From contig LUZK01000016.1 in the NCBI GenBank assembly GCA_001603595.1, forward strand, positions 20,408 through 84,407: DNA of 64,000 nt. The letters are read 5' to 3'. The notes under the pieces are model-generated. The model made no database searches and was not told the origin of the DNA. It was given only the letters and a program-made list of their open reading frames with translations. This stretch comes from Bacteroidales bacterium Bact_19 (GTDB lineage: Bacteria > Bacteroidota > Bacteroidia > Bacteroidales > ML635J-15). The position numbers and the translations under genes are program-made. Below, one piece after another: positions 19,217 through 29,045 of this stretch (the first letter of the stretch is position 1; each line of letters opens with the position of its first letter).

Positions 19217-20203
19217 ATGAAAAATATCTTCAAACCGAAGTATAAATTTAATCCGGAAACGCTTCAATACGAAAAGATAACATTTAGTTTCAAACGTTTT
19301 ATTCTTCGTGCAATACAATTTTCCTTCAGCTCTATTATTTTTGGAGCAGGCTTAATGTTTGTTTATATTCTTGTCTATGACTCACCTGAAGAAAAAATAC
19401 TTAAACGCGAAAACAGAATACTTAAAGAGACATTAAAAGAAATTAACATAAAACTTGATAATACAGATAAGTTACTTGATGATATTGCCAAAAGAGATAA
19501 TTATATTTATCGAAGCACTTTTCAACAAGATAGTATTTCATACGACATAAGAAATGCAGGAACAGGCGGCACAAACAGATATAAACATCTCGAAGGCTAT
19601 GAGAGTACAGATGTTTTAATCGAAACCTCGAAAAAACTTGATAAAGTCGAACAGAAACTCAAAGTTCAGGAAAATTCCTTCAGGGATATTATTGCCGAAA
19701 TCAGAAAAAATGAAAAATTTTATAAAAACTTCCCTTTTCTTCAACCAATACGCACAAACGAGCTTACAAGAATCGGTTCGTTTTACGGATATCGTCCTCA
19801 TCCTATTTTAGGGGTTGTACATATGCATCAGGGGATTGATCTTGTAGCTCCTACGGGTACACCGGTTTATGCTTCTGGAGACGGCATAGTAAAAAGCATT
19901 GAAAGAAATAACACCAGAAGCGGATACGGCAATTCTGTCCTTATTGATCACCAGGTTAACGGCTTTGCTTCCAGATATGCTCATTTACATACCATTGAAG
20001 TAAGAGAAGGACAAAAAGTAAAACGTGGACAACGCATCGGAACTGTTGGTAATACAGGACTTTCTACATCACCACATTTACATTATGAAATCATTATAAA
20101 CGGTGCAACTACAAATCCCTTGAGATTTATGATTACCCCAGAGCCTGATGAATACGAGCAACTTATAAAATTGACTGAACATAAAGGCGTTTCGTTTGAC
20201 TAA
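19217..20203 (+). CDS. M23 family metallopeptidase (membrane-anchored)
   Basis: HMHQGIDL and GNTGLSTSPHLHYEI zinc-binding motifs, with an N-terminal TM segment. First ATG is at 19217; the track start at 19214 is a TTG. Confidence 0.85.
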   Translation: MKNIFKPKYKFNPETLQYEKITFSFKRFILRAIQFSFSSIIFGAGLMFVYILVYDSPEEKILKRENRILKETLKEINIKLDNTDKLLDDIAKRDNYIYRSTFQQDSISYDIRNAGTGGTNRYKHLEGYESTDVLIETSKKLDKVEQKLKVQENSFRDIIAEIRKNEKFYKNFPFLQPIRTNELTRIGSFYGYRPHPILGVVHMHQGIDLVAPTGTPVYASGDGIVKSIERNNTRSGYGNSVLIDHQVNGFASRYAHLHTIEVREGQKVKRGQRIGTVGNTGLSTSPHLHYEIIINGATTNPLRFMITPEPDEYEQLIKLTEHKGVSFD

Positions 20204-21660
20204 AATTAAAATTATATTAACGATTATTCTGCTAAGTATTTTATTTCTTGGACTAAAAACTGATGATTCAGAATTTGAAATTGAATTTATTATAACGACT
20301 TTTCTGGGTAACGAGCAACGTAACTTTTACGGAACAAATCCTCCTGATGATATAGAAATTTTATGGAAAACCACAATTGGTTGCGGCGAAACTGTTATTC
20401 CAAATGTCGCAAAAGATACAGTAAAAATGTGTGGTGCAGGCTGGACAGGACAAGCACTTATGATCCGTGAAAACAATGAATTATTTCTTATTCAAGGATG
20501 TTATGACTATAAATTAAAAAAAATAAATGCCGAAAATGGCAAAATAATTTGGGAATATAGTTTTAATGATGTTATTTAAGGAACTCCTTGCATCTGGAAA
20601 AATCCTTATATCCCCGACAATCATCCTGATAAGTATGTAATTTTTGCTGGAGCCAGAGCCGGAATAGACAAAAATGATACTGAAAATTTCGCATACAGCT
20701 ATCGTGCAATATCATATTTAACTGGCAAAGAACTTTGGCGTTATTATTCACAAAAAACCGAATGTTACAGTCAGGATGTGGACGGAACAGCACTTATTAA
20801 TTACGATACTCTATATTTAGGTCTCGAAAACGGTTATTTTATAGCTTTGAACCCAAATATACAAAGTGCTACAAATACAAAAAAATTCAATTTTCCAAAA
20901 GAAATTTTCAAAATTAAACTTTATAATCAGCAGGATTTAATTGACCATAATAATAATGTTGTTATCGAAAGTGCACCTTCATTTTCCAACGACAAAATAT
21001 TTATTACCTCCGGTGCTGGATATTTATATGGATTTAATACAAAAACAAAGAATATTGATTTTTCATTTAAAATCGGATCAGACATCGACGGGAGTCCTGT
21101 AATTACAAAAGATGGAAATGTTCTAGTTGCTGTTGAAAAACAATATATCAAAGGCAAAGGTGGAATGATGTTAATTGACCCGCGTAAGCATCAGGATTAT
21201 TGTGTTGTATGGTATTTCCCCGTAAGAGACACCGTTTTTTATGATTGGCAAGGAGGTATAATTGGAACAGCTGCTATAAATGATCAATATATTGATAAAA
21301 ACAGAAATTCTCTTACCGCTTTTGTTGCAGTTGACGGATTTACTTATGTGGTCGAAACAGAATTAACAGAACCCAATATAACTGTTCCAGGTCCGAATAA
21401 TATTACTCAATATAAGACGCCTCAATTAGTTTTTAAATATTATACCGGTCCTTCTATTTCAACTCCTATATTTTTCGACGATAAACTTTTCGTTCTTACT
21501 TACCAAGGAATTTATATGTTTGGTTATGATGAGAATTGCAATTTTACATTGTTGAAAAAAAAATTCGTCAATAAGAGGAGAGGCAACACCTATTGTTCAC
21601 GACAAAAAACTTTATGTTGCTTCACGTGACGGAATGCTATATTGTTTAGGTGCAAATTAG
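20196..21660 (+). pseudogene. PQQ-like (BamB-like) beta-propeller repeat protein gene with an in-frame TAA and a homopolymer frameshift
   Basis: ORFs 20196-20579 and 20778-21629 are in the same frame. The 198 nt between them are open and protein-like (GTPCIWKNPYIPDNHPDKYVIFAGARAG...), so a single TAA at 20577-20579 interrupts the gene. After the A9 run at 21555-21563 the natural C-terminus (SIRGEATPIVHDKKLYVASRDGMLYCLGAN*) continues in the +1 frame to 21660. Confidence 0.7.
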
Positions 21661-21896
21661 AAATAAATTATTCACTGTTTTTACATATAATACAAACTTT
21701 ACAAATAAAAATAATTTTTGTAACCAATGATTTTCTAATGAAATCAAATGTTTAATTCAAATTCCGCATCAAAAAATGGCGAAATTTTGCTAAAGGCAGA
21801 TTTTAGGGTATTGAAGCTATCGAACAGCTGGTATTGCGGTCAATTCGCTGGGTGAGTGTAACCTAAATCCCTCGTATTAGCCACTAGTGTATTCAT

Positions 21897-21915
21897 CCCT
21901 TAAATTTAATAAGGG
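21897..21915. terminator. hairpin overlapping the stop codon of the 21906-23090 gene (possible bidirectional terminator)
   Basis: CCCTTA-AATTTAA-TAAGGG. Confidence 0.35.
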
Positions 21916-23090
21916 GTTACAATTCTTTTTGCGACAATAAAACTGTGATTTGTTTGATGATAATCAAATTTGAAGTTTATTGGAAAGGTTTTGTTTTGTT
22001 TGTAAGCTGTTTTTAATGTATTTTGAGGGTAAGAACTAAAAAGTTCAATCGGACCAATATAATTGCCATAATAAGATATATCCCAGTTTTTGTCAAAATC
22101 ATCATAAGGTATTCCGCTGGGACCGGTCAGAATACAATTCATATAATTTAGAATAAGTTTTTTTATTTCACCGAAATCTTTTCGGAACATCAAATATGAA
22201 GCTGCTTTTAAAAAGCAAATTTTTCCCGTAAAATAATTTTGAACCATTTTTTCAAACATAATTTCATCAAGACTTTCATTCGATAAATCCATTGAAAGAT
22301 AATATAAGTACCTGTACACTGAATCGTTTTTCTTGCGATAAACAATTTCGCAATAAGGTTCATAATCTTTATCAACAGAATATGAATAAGCAATCGTAGA
22401 ATCTTTATGGCAAAACTTACCTTCATTTGTAAGAATTACAGGATTAACGTTTATAATCTCATAATCTTTTAAAGCCATAAACATCAGAATTACCGGCAAA
22501 GTACCTTCCAAATAAGAATTCAAATCAACACGCATACCTTTAGTTCTGAAAAAGCTGTATTCTAAATTTGTGTAAATTGATTTGTCAAGCGTTTCAAAAA
22601 TTTCTTTAAAGTTTTTAAGGCTGATTTCATCACCAAAAGGTAATTTTCCACACTTTTCAAGACCAATCATTACGGTAAATTTTGCATCAGGAAAAAATGC
22701 TGATAAATAATTAAAATCTGGTCCTGAAAAAGGATAAAAAATTGTATCATAATATTCAAAATTTTTGTTTACCCATTTTTCTATATCCGTCAAAGTTGAA
22801 GATTGATGTTTTGACCATTTTTTCTTTATGATTTCAGAATATAAATTAAATGATTCCGAACTTGTTATTTTTAAATATTTAATGGAATCTGAAGGGTACT
22901 TGCCCGACAAAATCTGAGCTATATCATTATAACCTTTAAAAGCAAAAGTATCAAGAGGATTATTAATTATGGGGTCAATTTGTTGAGAAAAATTTTCCTC
23001 AGGTAATGTTTTATTTTTATTTTGTCGTTGTCCGCAACCAAAAATAAATATATATAAAATGAAAAAATATAATAATGTTTTAGCTTTCAT
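21906..23090 (-). CDS. hypothetical lipoprotein
   Basis: Signal peptide with lipobox IFGC. The ATG overlaps the upstream permease stop by 11 nt. No family recognised. Confidence 0.6.
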   Translation of the reverse strand: MKAKTLLYFFILYIFIFGCGQRQNKNKTLPEENFSQQIDPIINNPLDTFAFKGYNDIAQILSGKYPSDSIKYLKITSSESFNLYSEIIKKKWSKHQSSTLTDIEKWVNKNFEYYDTIFYPFSGPDFNYLSAFFPDAKFTVMIGLEKCGKLPFGDEISLKNFKEIFETLDKSIYTNLEYSFFRTKGMRVDLNSYLEGTLPVILMFMALKDYEIINVNPVILTNEGKFCHKDSTIAYSYSVDKDYEPYCEIVYRKKNDSVYRYLYYLSMDLSNESLDEIMFEKMVQNYFTGKICFLKAASYLMFRKDFGEIKKLILNYMNCILTGPSGIPYDDFDKNWDISYYGNYIGPIELFSSYPQNTLKTAYKQNKTFPINFKFDYHQTNHSFIVAKRIVTPY

Positions 23091-24405
23091 TAGTTTTAGT
23101 ACTAAATTTAGTCAATATGAAATAAATAATAAAACCTAAAGCAAGAGTGGCAAGTCCCATAATTGTTTCGGCAGTTCTTTCACGGAATAGGTAATAAAAG
23201 TTCCAGATAACAAACAACATAAAAATAATTGGAACCACAGGATATCCGAGTGCTTTATAGGGTCGGGTCATGGTTGGAAATTTTCTCCTGTGAATAAAAA
23301 TTCCAGCCACAGTGAGAAAAGCAAAAATATTCATTACAAATCCGAGGTATGTCAAAAGAGCTTCGAATGTGCTTGTCAACAACAGAATTAAACTGATTAT
23401 ACTCTGCACAATTATTGCAAAAAACGGAACCCCTTTTTTACTTTTTATACTCATAAACTTTAGAGCAGGAAAATCTTCTCCGATAACTTGAATTACTCGA
23501 GGTCCGGCAAAAACCATTGAAGAAATTGTAGAAATCAGGAGTAAAGAAATCAACCCCGACATTATAACACCTCCTTTCGCCCCAAAAATTGAAGTAGCTG
23601 CAACAGCCCCAACATCGAGCTGTCCACTTAAATCCCCAATCGGAGAAACAAGTAAAAAAACATAATTCAATAAAACATAAAGCACTGCAACTAATAAAGT
23701 TCCGGTTATTAAAGAGCGTGGTAATGTTTTTACAGGATTTTTTAATTCAGAAACAAAATATGCAGCCGCATTCCATCCTGAATATGAATAATAAACATAA
23801 ATCAATGAAACTGCAAATCCCGAGCTTAAAATTTGTTCCCAAGTAATGCTTGTAGGTATTACTGCAATATTTTGTTTTTCGGATGAAAAAAAGAAGCCAG
23901 AAACAATGAATGCAATAATCAACAATATTTTAATTAAAGTAAATACAACCTGAAAATTCCCTCCAGATTTTATACTATAAGAATGTATAAAAGTAATAAT
24001 TACAATTACAATTGCCCCGGTAATTTTAGGACTTATGCCTTCATAAACATTTGAAAAATATGTTCCCAAAGCCATTGCAGCCAAAGCTATCGGAGCAGCA
24101 AATCCAACGAACATAGAAAAAAATCCTGATGTAAAACCCAAAGAAGGATGATATAACTTACTAAGAAAATTATACTCGCCTCCGGAACGAGGCATCACAG
24201 AACCCAATTCTCCGTAAACCTGTGCTCCGGTATAGGCAATTATCGCTCCCATCAACCATAATAAAATTATGGCAGAAATATCCGTTACACCTCCGGCAAG
24301 CTGAAATCCCAAAGAGGTGAAAACTCCGGTGCCTACCATATTTGCCACCACGTACGAAATTGCAGTGAACAATCCTATACCCTGTATTGTTTTTTTGTCA
24401 GACAT
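23080..24405 (-). CDS. APC superfamily amino acid permease
   Basis: 441 aa, about 12 predicted TM segments, with the typical N-terminal GTGVFTSLG motif region. Confidence 0.85.
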   Translation of the reverse strand: MSDKKTIQGIGLFTAISYVVANMVGTGVFTSLGFQLAGGVTDISAIILLWLMGAIIAYTGAQVYGELGSVMPRSGGEYNFLSKLYHPSLGFTSGFFSMFVGFAAPIALAAMALGTYFSNVYEGISPKITGAIVIVIITFIHSYSIKSGGNFQVVFTLIKILLIIAFIVSGFFFSSEKQNIAVIPTSITWEQILSSGFAVSLIYVYYSYSGWNAAAYFVSELKNPVKTLPRSLITGTLLVAVLYVLLNYVFLLVSPIGDLSGQLDVGAVAATSIFGAKGGVIMSGLISLLLISTISSMVFAGPRVIQVIGEDFPALKFMSIKSKKGVPFFAIIVQSIISLILLLTSTFEALLTYLGFVMNIFAFLTVAGIFIHRRKFPTMTRPYKALGYPVVPIIFMLFVIWNFYYLFRERTAETIMGLATLALGFIIYFILTKFSTKTNES

Positions 24406-24448
24406 TTTTACTAAATTTGATACAATTATAAGAATTAAAATTTTTAAT

Positions 24449-25366
24449 ATGTTTAATTTTTCAATTTTTACAAAAAATATTTTTTTAACAACAATATTAT
24501 CAATTATTCTATTTGCATGTAGTAATTATAAAAGCAATGAAAAAAAATGTAATGAAGAAGAAAATGAATTTTCACAAGTTGTCGAAATTCCTCGCCATAA
24601 CGATACCACGCTTACTCTTAAATATGATTGTTGTTTCTATGTAACTACCGAAATATTTTATCCCCCGGATTCCCAACAGATAAATGGATGTATTTTAATG
24701 TTGCATGGATGGAATTTACCGGCAATGGAATGGTGTGAAAAAACTGATTTTTGTTCTAAAGCCCTTAAGAAAGGTTATGTATTAATAATTCCAAATTACA
24801 GTAAAAGCAACTATATACTCGAAATTTATCCCGAAACCAACCCGGACTACGTAAAATATCCTACTCTAACATGGATTATGGAAACACATATTCCATATAT
24901 ACAAGAGGAGTTGGGGCTACTTTTACATGGACAAAATACTCATATTGCAGGAATTTCAACAGGGGCTAGAGGTGCTACATTACTTGCTTATTATAAACCT
25001 GAGATTTTCAAATCTGTTGCTTCACTTTCTGGAGACTTTAATATTACGGCTATGCAGGACGAATATTTATACTATGCCTTTTTGGGGCAATATAAAAATT
25101 TCCCCGAAAGATGGAAAAGAGAATGTTTTGCTTATGATGTTAAAAATTATAAACGGCCTACATACATTGGACATGGAAAAGCTGATAAAGTTTCTCCTGT
25201 TGAACAATCAATTGCAATGTATGATTCCATCGTGAAAAATCATCAAAGTTTAAAAGTCATCGGAAATTTTCCCGAAAATGCTCAACATAACTACGACTAC
25301 TGGAGAAGCGAAACCGATAATATACTGAATTTCTTTGATGAATGTAGTGAAAAAGGTAGAAAATAG
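24449..25366 (+). CDS. putative esterase / alpha-beta hydrolase lipoprotein
   Basis: Start re-picked at the ATG at 24449 (MFNFSIF...LFACS lipobox); the longer track ORF overlaps the permease. GxSxG nucleophile elbow GISTG. Confidence 0.7.
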   Translation: MFNFSIFTKNIFLTTILSIILFACSNYKSNEKKCNEEENEFSQVVEIPRHNDTTLTLKYDCCFYVTTEIFYPPDSQQINGCILMLHGWNLPAMEWCEKTDFCSKALKKGYVLIIPNYSKSNYILEIYPETNPDYVKYPTLTWIMETHIPYIQEELGLLLHGQNTHIAGISTGARGATLLAYYKPEIFKSVASLSGDFNITAMQDEYLYYAFLGQYKNFPERWKRECFAYDVKNYKRPTYIGHGKADKVSPVEQSIAMYDSIVKNHQSLKVIGNFPENAQHNYDYWRSETDNILNFFDECSEKGRK

Positions 25367-25555
25367 AAATTAAAAGTTATAAAAACAAAATTAATTATTT
25401 CATCTCTAAAAACATTCATAACATTAACAGCCATAGTAATACCTACTCTTTGCAAAAAATGCAATAATATCAATAAAATATCTTTAAGTATTTCGTATTA
25501 GTAACAAATTTAGGGAATAATTCTTCAGATTTTAAAAATTAAAATTATAAAAAAT

Positions 25556-27100
25556 TCATTTTTTTTGATCTTCTTCGTGGTATTCCTGTTCTGTATTAAC
25601 TTCCCAGATATTTGATTTATCTTTACGGCCATTAATGATATTCTCAACAGCAACAATTGCCGTAAGCATGGAATGATCGCTGTTATTATATCTGTGCATC
25701 CCGCTCCTTCCAATCAAAAATAGATTTTCAATTTCATCAACATATTTTCTTATGACCCCGAATTGATAATATGTTCCAAAATACACAGGATAAGTATCCT
25801 CCATCCTTATTATTGTTTTATCAAGCACATCCGAAGAATCTATAATTCCCACTTTTTCGAGTTCGGAAATTGCAAGATTATAAAATTCTTCATCCGACAT
25901 TTTCCATAGAAAGTCATCCGGATCGCAAAAATATTCAAGGCCGAGCCAAACATTATTTTCGTTATCTACCATAAACGGACTCCAGTTATTAAAAATCTGT
26001 ATGCGTCCCATTTTAACATCCGGTTCCTGCATATATATCCAGTTATCTGGAATTAGTTCATTTATGGTGAGTATTTTGGTTTGATTTTTTATTTTAAGTT
26101 TTTTCATTAATAGACCTACTGTAATAAAATTTCTGTGTAATAATCCATTTGCTACCTTTTTAACTTCATCAGGTGCTGTTTTAATTGAGTTTATAAGATT
26201 TTTAACGCTTGTAGTACTAAATACATAATCTACATCTGATATTTCAACATATTCAAAATTTTGATTTAAATATCTTACTTTAAATTTATTTACATCAATC
26301 ACAACAAGTTCTTTAAATTCAGCATTCAAGATAATTTCTCCGCCTTTTTCTTTTACAAGCCCTGCAACATATTCCCATAATTGTCCGGGACCATATTTTG
26401 GATATAAAAATCTATCAATCAGACTGGTCTCCTTATCTTTTTGAGTAATGTCACTGTTATTATTTTTAAAAATAGATTTAAAATAATGCTTTACAACTCC
26501 CCAAACTGATAGACCTTTAATTCTTTGAGCTCCCCATTCTGCAGAAAGTTCCTTGCATGACTTGCCCCATACTTTTTCAGTGTAATCTTTGAAAAATGTT
26601 CTGTAAAGTTCTTTTCCAAAACGATTTACAAAAAAATCTTCAAGTGATTTTTCGTATTTTACGGGAAATATTTTAAAGTATAAATATGAAAATCCGATTT
26701 TCACAATTCTAATAAATCCAAGATTCCGGATAGTATTTGCATTAAGATTTACCGGATAGTCGAAGAATTTTCGTAGAAAATAAATTCTGCTTAACCTCGA
26801 CCTGGTAAGAAAAACTCTATCCTGAATAAGCTCCCATTTTTTATTTTTTGGTTGATTTTCTGGAGTATCTACAATCCTGAACAATTCTTTCCAATAGTTC
26901 ATTACTATATCGGACTTTGAGAAAAAACGATGACCTCCGATATCAATACGATTACCTTTAAAATTTATAGTTTTAGAAATACCTCCGATATCTCCGGTCT
27001 TTTCGAGTACAACCGGAATTATATCTGTTTTTTTCAGCAATTCCAGAGCAGCGGTTAATCCTGCAGGACCTGCTCCTATTATTACGGCTTTCTTTTTCAT
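25556..27100 (-). CDS. FAD/NAD(P)-binding oxidoreductase (amine oxidase / phytoene desaturase-like fold)
   Basis: [21 protein letters not shown] dinucleotide-binding motif at the re-picked ATG at 27100. Confidence 0.8.
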   Translation of the reverse strand: MKKKAVIIGAGPAGLTAALELLKKTDIIPVVLEKTGDIGGISKTINFKGNRIDIGGHRFFSKSDIVMNYWKELFRIVDTPENQPKNKKWELIQDRVFLTRSRLSRIYFLRKFFDYPVNLNANTIRNLGFIRIVKIGFSYLYFKIFPVKYEKSLEDFFVNRFGKELYRTFFKDYTEKVWGKSCKELSAEWGAQRIKGLSVWGVVKHYFKSIFKNNNSDITQKDKETSLIDRFLYPKYGPGQLWEYVAGLVKEKGGEIILNAEFKELVVIDVNKFKVRYLNQNFEYVEISDVDYVFSTTSVKNLINSIKTAPDEVKKVANGLLHRNFITVGLLMKKLKIKNQTKILTINELIPDNWIYMQEPDVKMGRIQIFNNWSPFMVDNENNVWLGLEYFCDPDDFLWKMSDEEFYNLAISELEKVGIIDSSDVLDKTIIRMEDTYPVYFGTYYQFGVIRKYVDEIENLFLIGRSGMHRYNNSDHSMLTAIVAVENIINGRKDKSNIWEVNTEQEYHEEDQKK

Positions 27101-27213
27101 AATTGACCGTAAAAATAGAATAAAAAAATATTTTAGAACATAAATCAAATAAAATACTGCAGAAAAAACTTTTTACAATCAAAATTTGATAATTTTACAA
27201 AAAATTTATTAAG

Positions 27214-27744
27214 ATGAAAAAATTAAGTATTATCATTATCGTAGTTTTGTTTTCAACATTTACGTTTGCTCAAGAACACAAAGAAAATCCTGAAAAAACA
27301 GCTAAAACAGGAAATGTAATTTTCAGAAGTTTGATTTACGATTTTGGAATAATTAAATATGGGCAAGATGTTCAAGGAGAATTTATTTTTAAAAATATTT
27401 CTAAAACCCCCGTAAAAATTGGAAATGTTAAACCTGCTTGTGGCTGCACTGGAACCGAATGGCCTCGCGACGAGATAAAAAAGAATAAAACTGGTATTAT
27501 TAAAGTGAGTTACGACACTAAACGTGTAGGAAAATTCGATAAAGCAATATTTGTTTTTTTCGAAGGGCAAAATGAACCGATACAATTAAGAATTAAAGGA
27601 GAGGTTTTACCAGAAGAAAAATCTAATCAGGAAATTGAAAAAAAACAAACTGAAGAAAGTAAATCTAAAAAGTTTAATTCCGATCCTTCTAAAAAGCACA
27701 AAAAAGCTGAAATAAAAGAAAACCACAGTGAAAAAAATCAATAA
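27214..27744 (+). CDS. DUF1573 domain-containing protein
   Basis: Signal peptide, then YDFGIIKYG...FIFKNISKTPVKIGNVKPACGCT, the DUF1573 signature. Lys/Glu-rich tail. Confidence 0.75.
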   Translation: MKKLSIIIIVVLFSTFTFAQEHKENPEKTAKTGNVIFRSLIYDFGIIKYGQDVQGEFIFKNISKTPVKIGNVKPACGCTGTEWPRDEIKKNKTGIIKVSYDTKRVGKFDKAIFVFFEGQNEPIQLRIKGEVLPEEKSNQEIEKKQTEESKSKKFNSDPSKKHKKAEIKENHSEKNQ

Positions 27745-27765
27745 TAAACTAAAAAACTAAAGTAT

Positions 27766-28965
27766 ATGCCAAAAATTTCCAGAAAAGGTGAAAAAATGCC
27801 AGCTTCACCAATTAGAAAATTAGTTCCTTATGCCGAAGCGGCAAAAAGTAGAGGTATAAAAGTTTATCATTTAAACATCGGACAACCCGACATTAAAACT
27901 CCGGAGATTGCTCTTGATGCAATAAAAAATATCCAAGAAAAAGTAATTGAATACAGTCATTCTGCGGGAAATGTTTCGTACAGAAAAAAACTTGCTGAGC
28001 AATACAAAAAATATGGCATTGACATAACTTGTGAAGATATTCTGATTACCACAGGAGGTTCCGAAGCAATTATTTTTGCTTTCATGTCAACTCTTGACGA
28101 AGGCGATGAAGTTATAGTTCCTGAACCGTTTTATGCAAACTACAATGGTTTTGCAATACAATCGGGTGTGGTTATAAAACCAATAACTGCATCAATAAAA
28201 AATGATTTTGCATTACCTCCAATTGAGGAATTCGAAAAACTTATTACTTCAAAAACTAAAGGTATTGTTATTTGTAATCCAAATAATCCTACAGGATATC
28301 TTTATAGTAAAGAAGAATTATTGCAACTTGCAGAAATAATAAAAAAACATGATTTATACTTATATAGCGACGAAGTTTACAGGGACTTTTGCTATGGTGG
28401 AGAAAAACATTTCTCAGCAATGTTGCTTCCGGGTTTAGAGCAAAATGTAATTATGATGGATTCCGTTTCTAAAAAATACAGTATGTGCGGTGTTAGAATA
28501 GGCTGTATGATAACTAAAAACAAAGAAGTTATAAAAACAGCTTTAAAATTTGCTCAAGCTCGACTCTGCCCACCATCATTTGGACAAATTGCATCGGAAG
28601 CAGCCATTGAAACTCCAAAATCTTATTTTAAAGAAGTTTACGATGAATATATTGAACGTCGTGATTTTATGGTAGCTGAATTAAACAAAATTCCCGGTGT
28701 ATATTGTCCAAATCCGAAAGGAGCTTTTTACACTGTTGTAAAACTTCCAATTGACGATTCCGATAAATTTGCTCAATGGTTACTCGAAAGTTTCGAATAC
28801 AACAAACAAACAGTTATGGTTGCTCCGGCAAGTGGATTCTATAATACTCCGGGTTTAGGCAAAAATGAAGTTCGTATAGCTTATGTTTTGAAAATCGAAG
28901 ACCTAAAAAATGCAATTGAAATTCTAAAAAATGCCCTCGAAGTATATCCTGGTAGAGTAATGTAA
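27766..28965 (+). CDS. class I/II PLP-dependent aminotransferase (aspartate/aromatic aminotransferase-like)
   Basis: 399 aa with the SPIRKL N-terminal motif and the PLP-lysine context SVSKKYSMCGVRIG. Confidence 0.88.
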   Translation: MPKISRKGEKMPASPIRKLVPYAEAAKSRGIKVYHLNIGQPDIKTPEIALDAIKNIQEKVIEYSHSAGNVSYRKKLAEQYKKYGIDITCEDILITTGGSEAIIFAFMSTLDEGDEVIVPEPFYANYNGFAIQSGVVIKPITASIKNDFALPPIEEFEKLITSKTKGIVICNPNNPTGYLYSKEELLQLAEIIKKHDLYLYSDEVYRDFCYGGEKHFSAMLLPGLEQNVIMMDSVSKKYSMCGVRIGCMITKNKEVIKTALKFAQARLCPPSFGQIASEAAIETPKSYFKEVYDEYIERRDFMVAELNKIPGVYCPNPKGAFYTVVKLPIDDSDKFAQWLLESFEYNKQTVMVAPASGFYNTPGLGKNEVRIAYVLKIEDLKNAIEILKNALEVYPGRVM

Positions 28966-29004
28966 TTTTTTCTTTATAAAATATTAAAATATGTAACAAA
29001 AAAA

Positions 29005-29028
29005 GGCTGCCGGTTGGCAGCCTTTTTT
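29005..29028. terminator. rho-independent bidirectional terminator
   Basis: GGCTGCC-GGTT-GGCAGCC is flanked by an A-run upstream and a T-run downstream. It lies between convergent genes. Confidence 0.75.
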
Positions 29029-29045
29029 AGTATGTGTTTTTAGAT

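Noticed and set aside
20577-20579. In-frame TAA as evidence for stop-codon reassignment.
   Set aside because: TAA cleanly terminates many full-length conserved genes in the same window (for example rpsR, rplI and glpK). Genome-wide recoding is therefore excluded, and a nonsense mutation or error is the simpler reading.
21840-21842. In-frame TGA in the 51-codon minus-strand frame as a selenocysteine or recoded codon.
   Set aside because: TGA is used as an ordinary stop here (for example the genes ending at 7325 and 53553). The ORF is tiny, has no recognisable family, and I could not identify a SECIS-like element. It is treated as a possible relic only.
24317-24448. The long N-terminal extension of the esterase ORF given in the track.
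   Set aside because: The extension overlaps the 5' end of the convergent-strand permease gene and encodes no signal peptide. An internal ATG at 24449 gives a canonical lipoprotein signal, so the shorter start was preferred.
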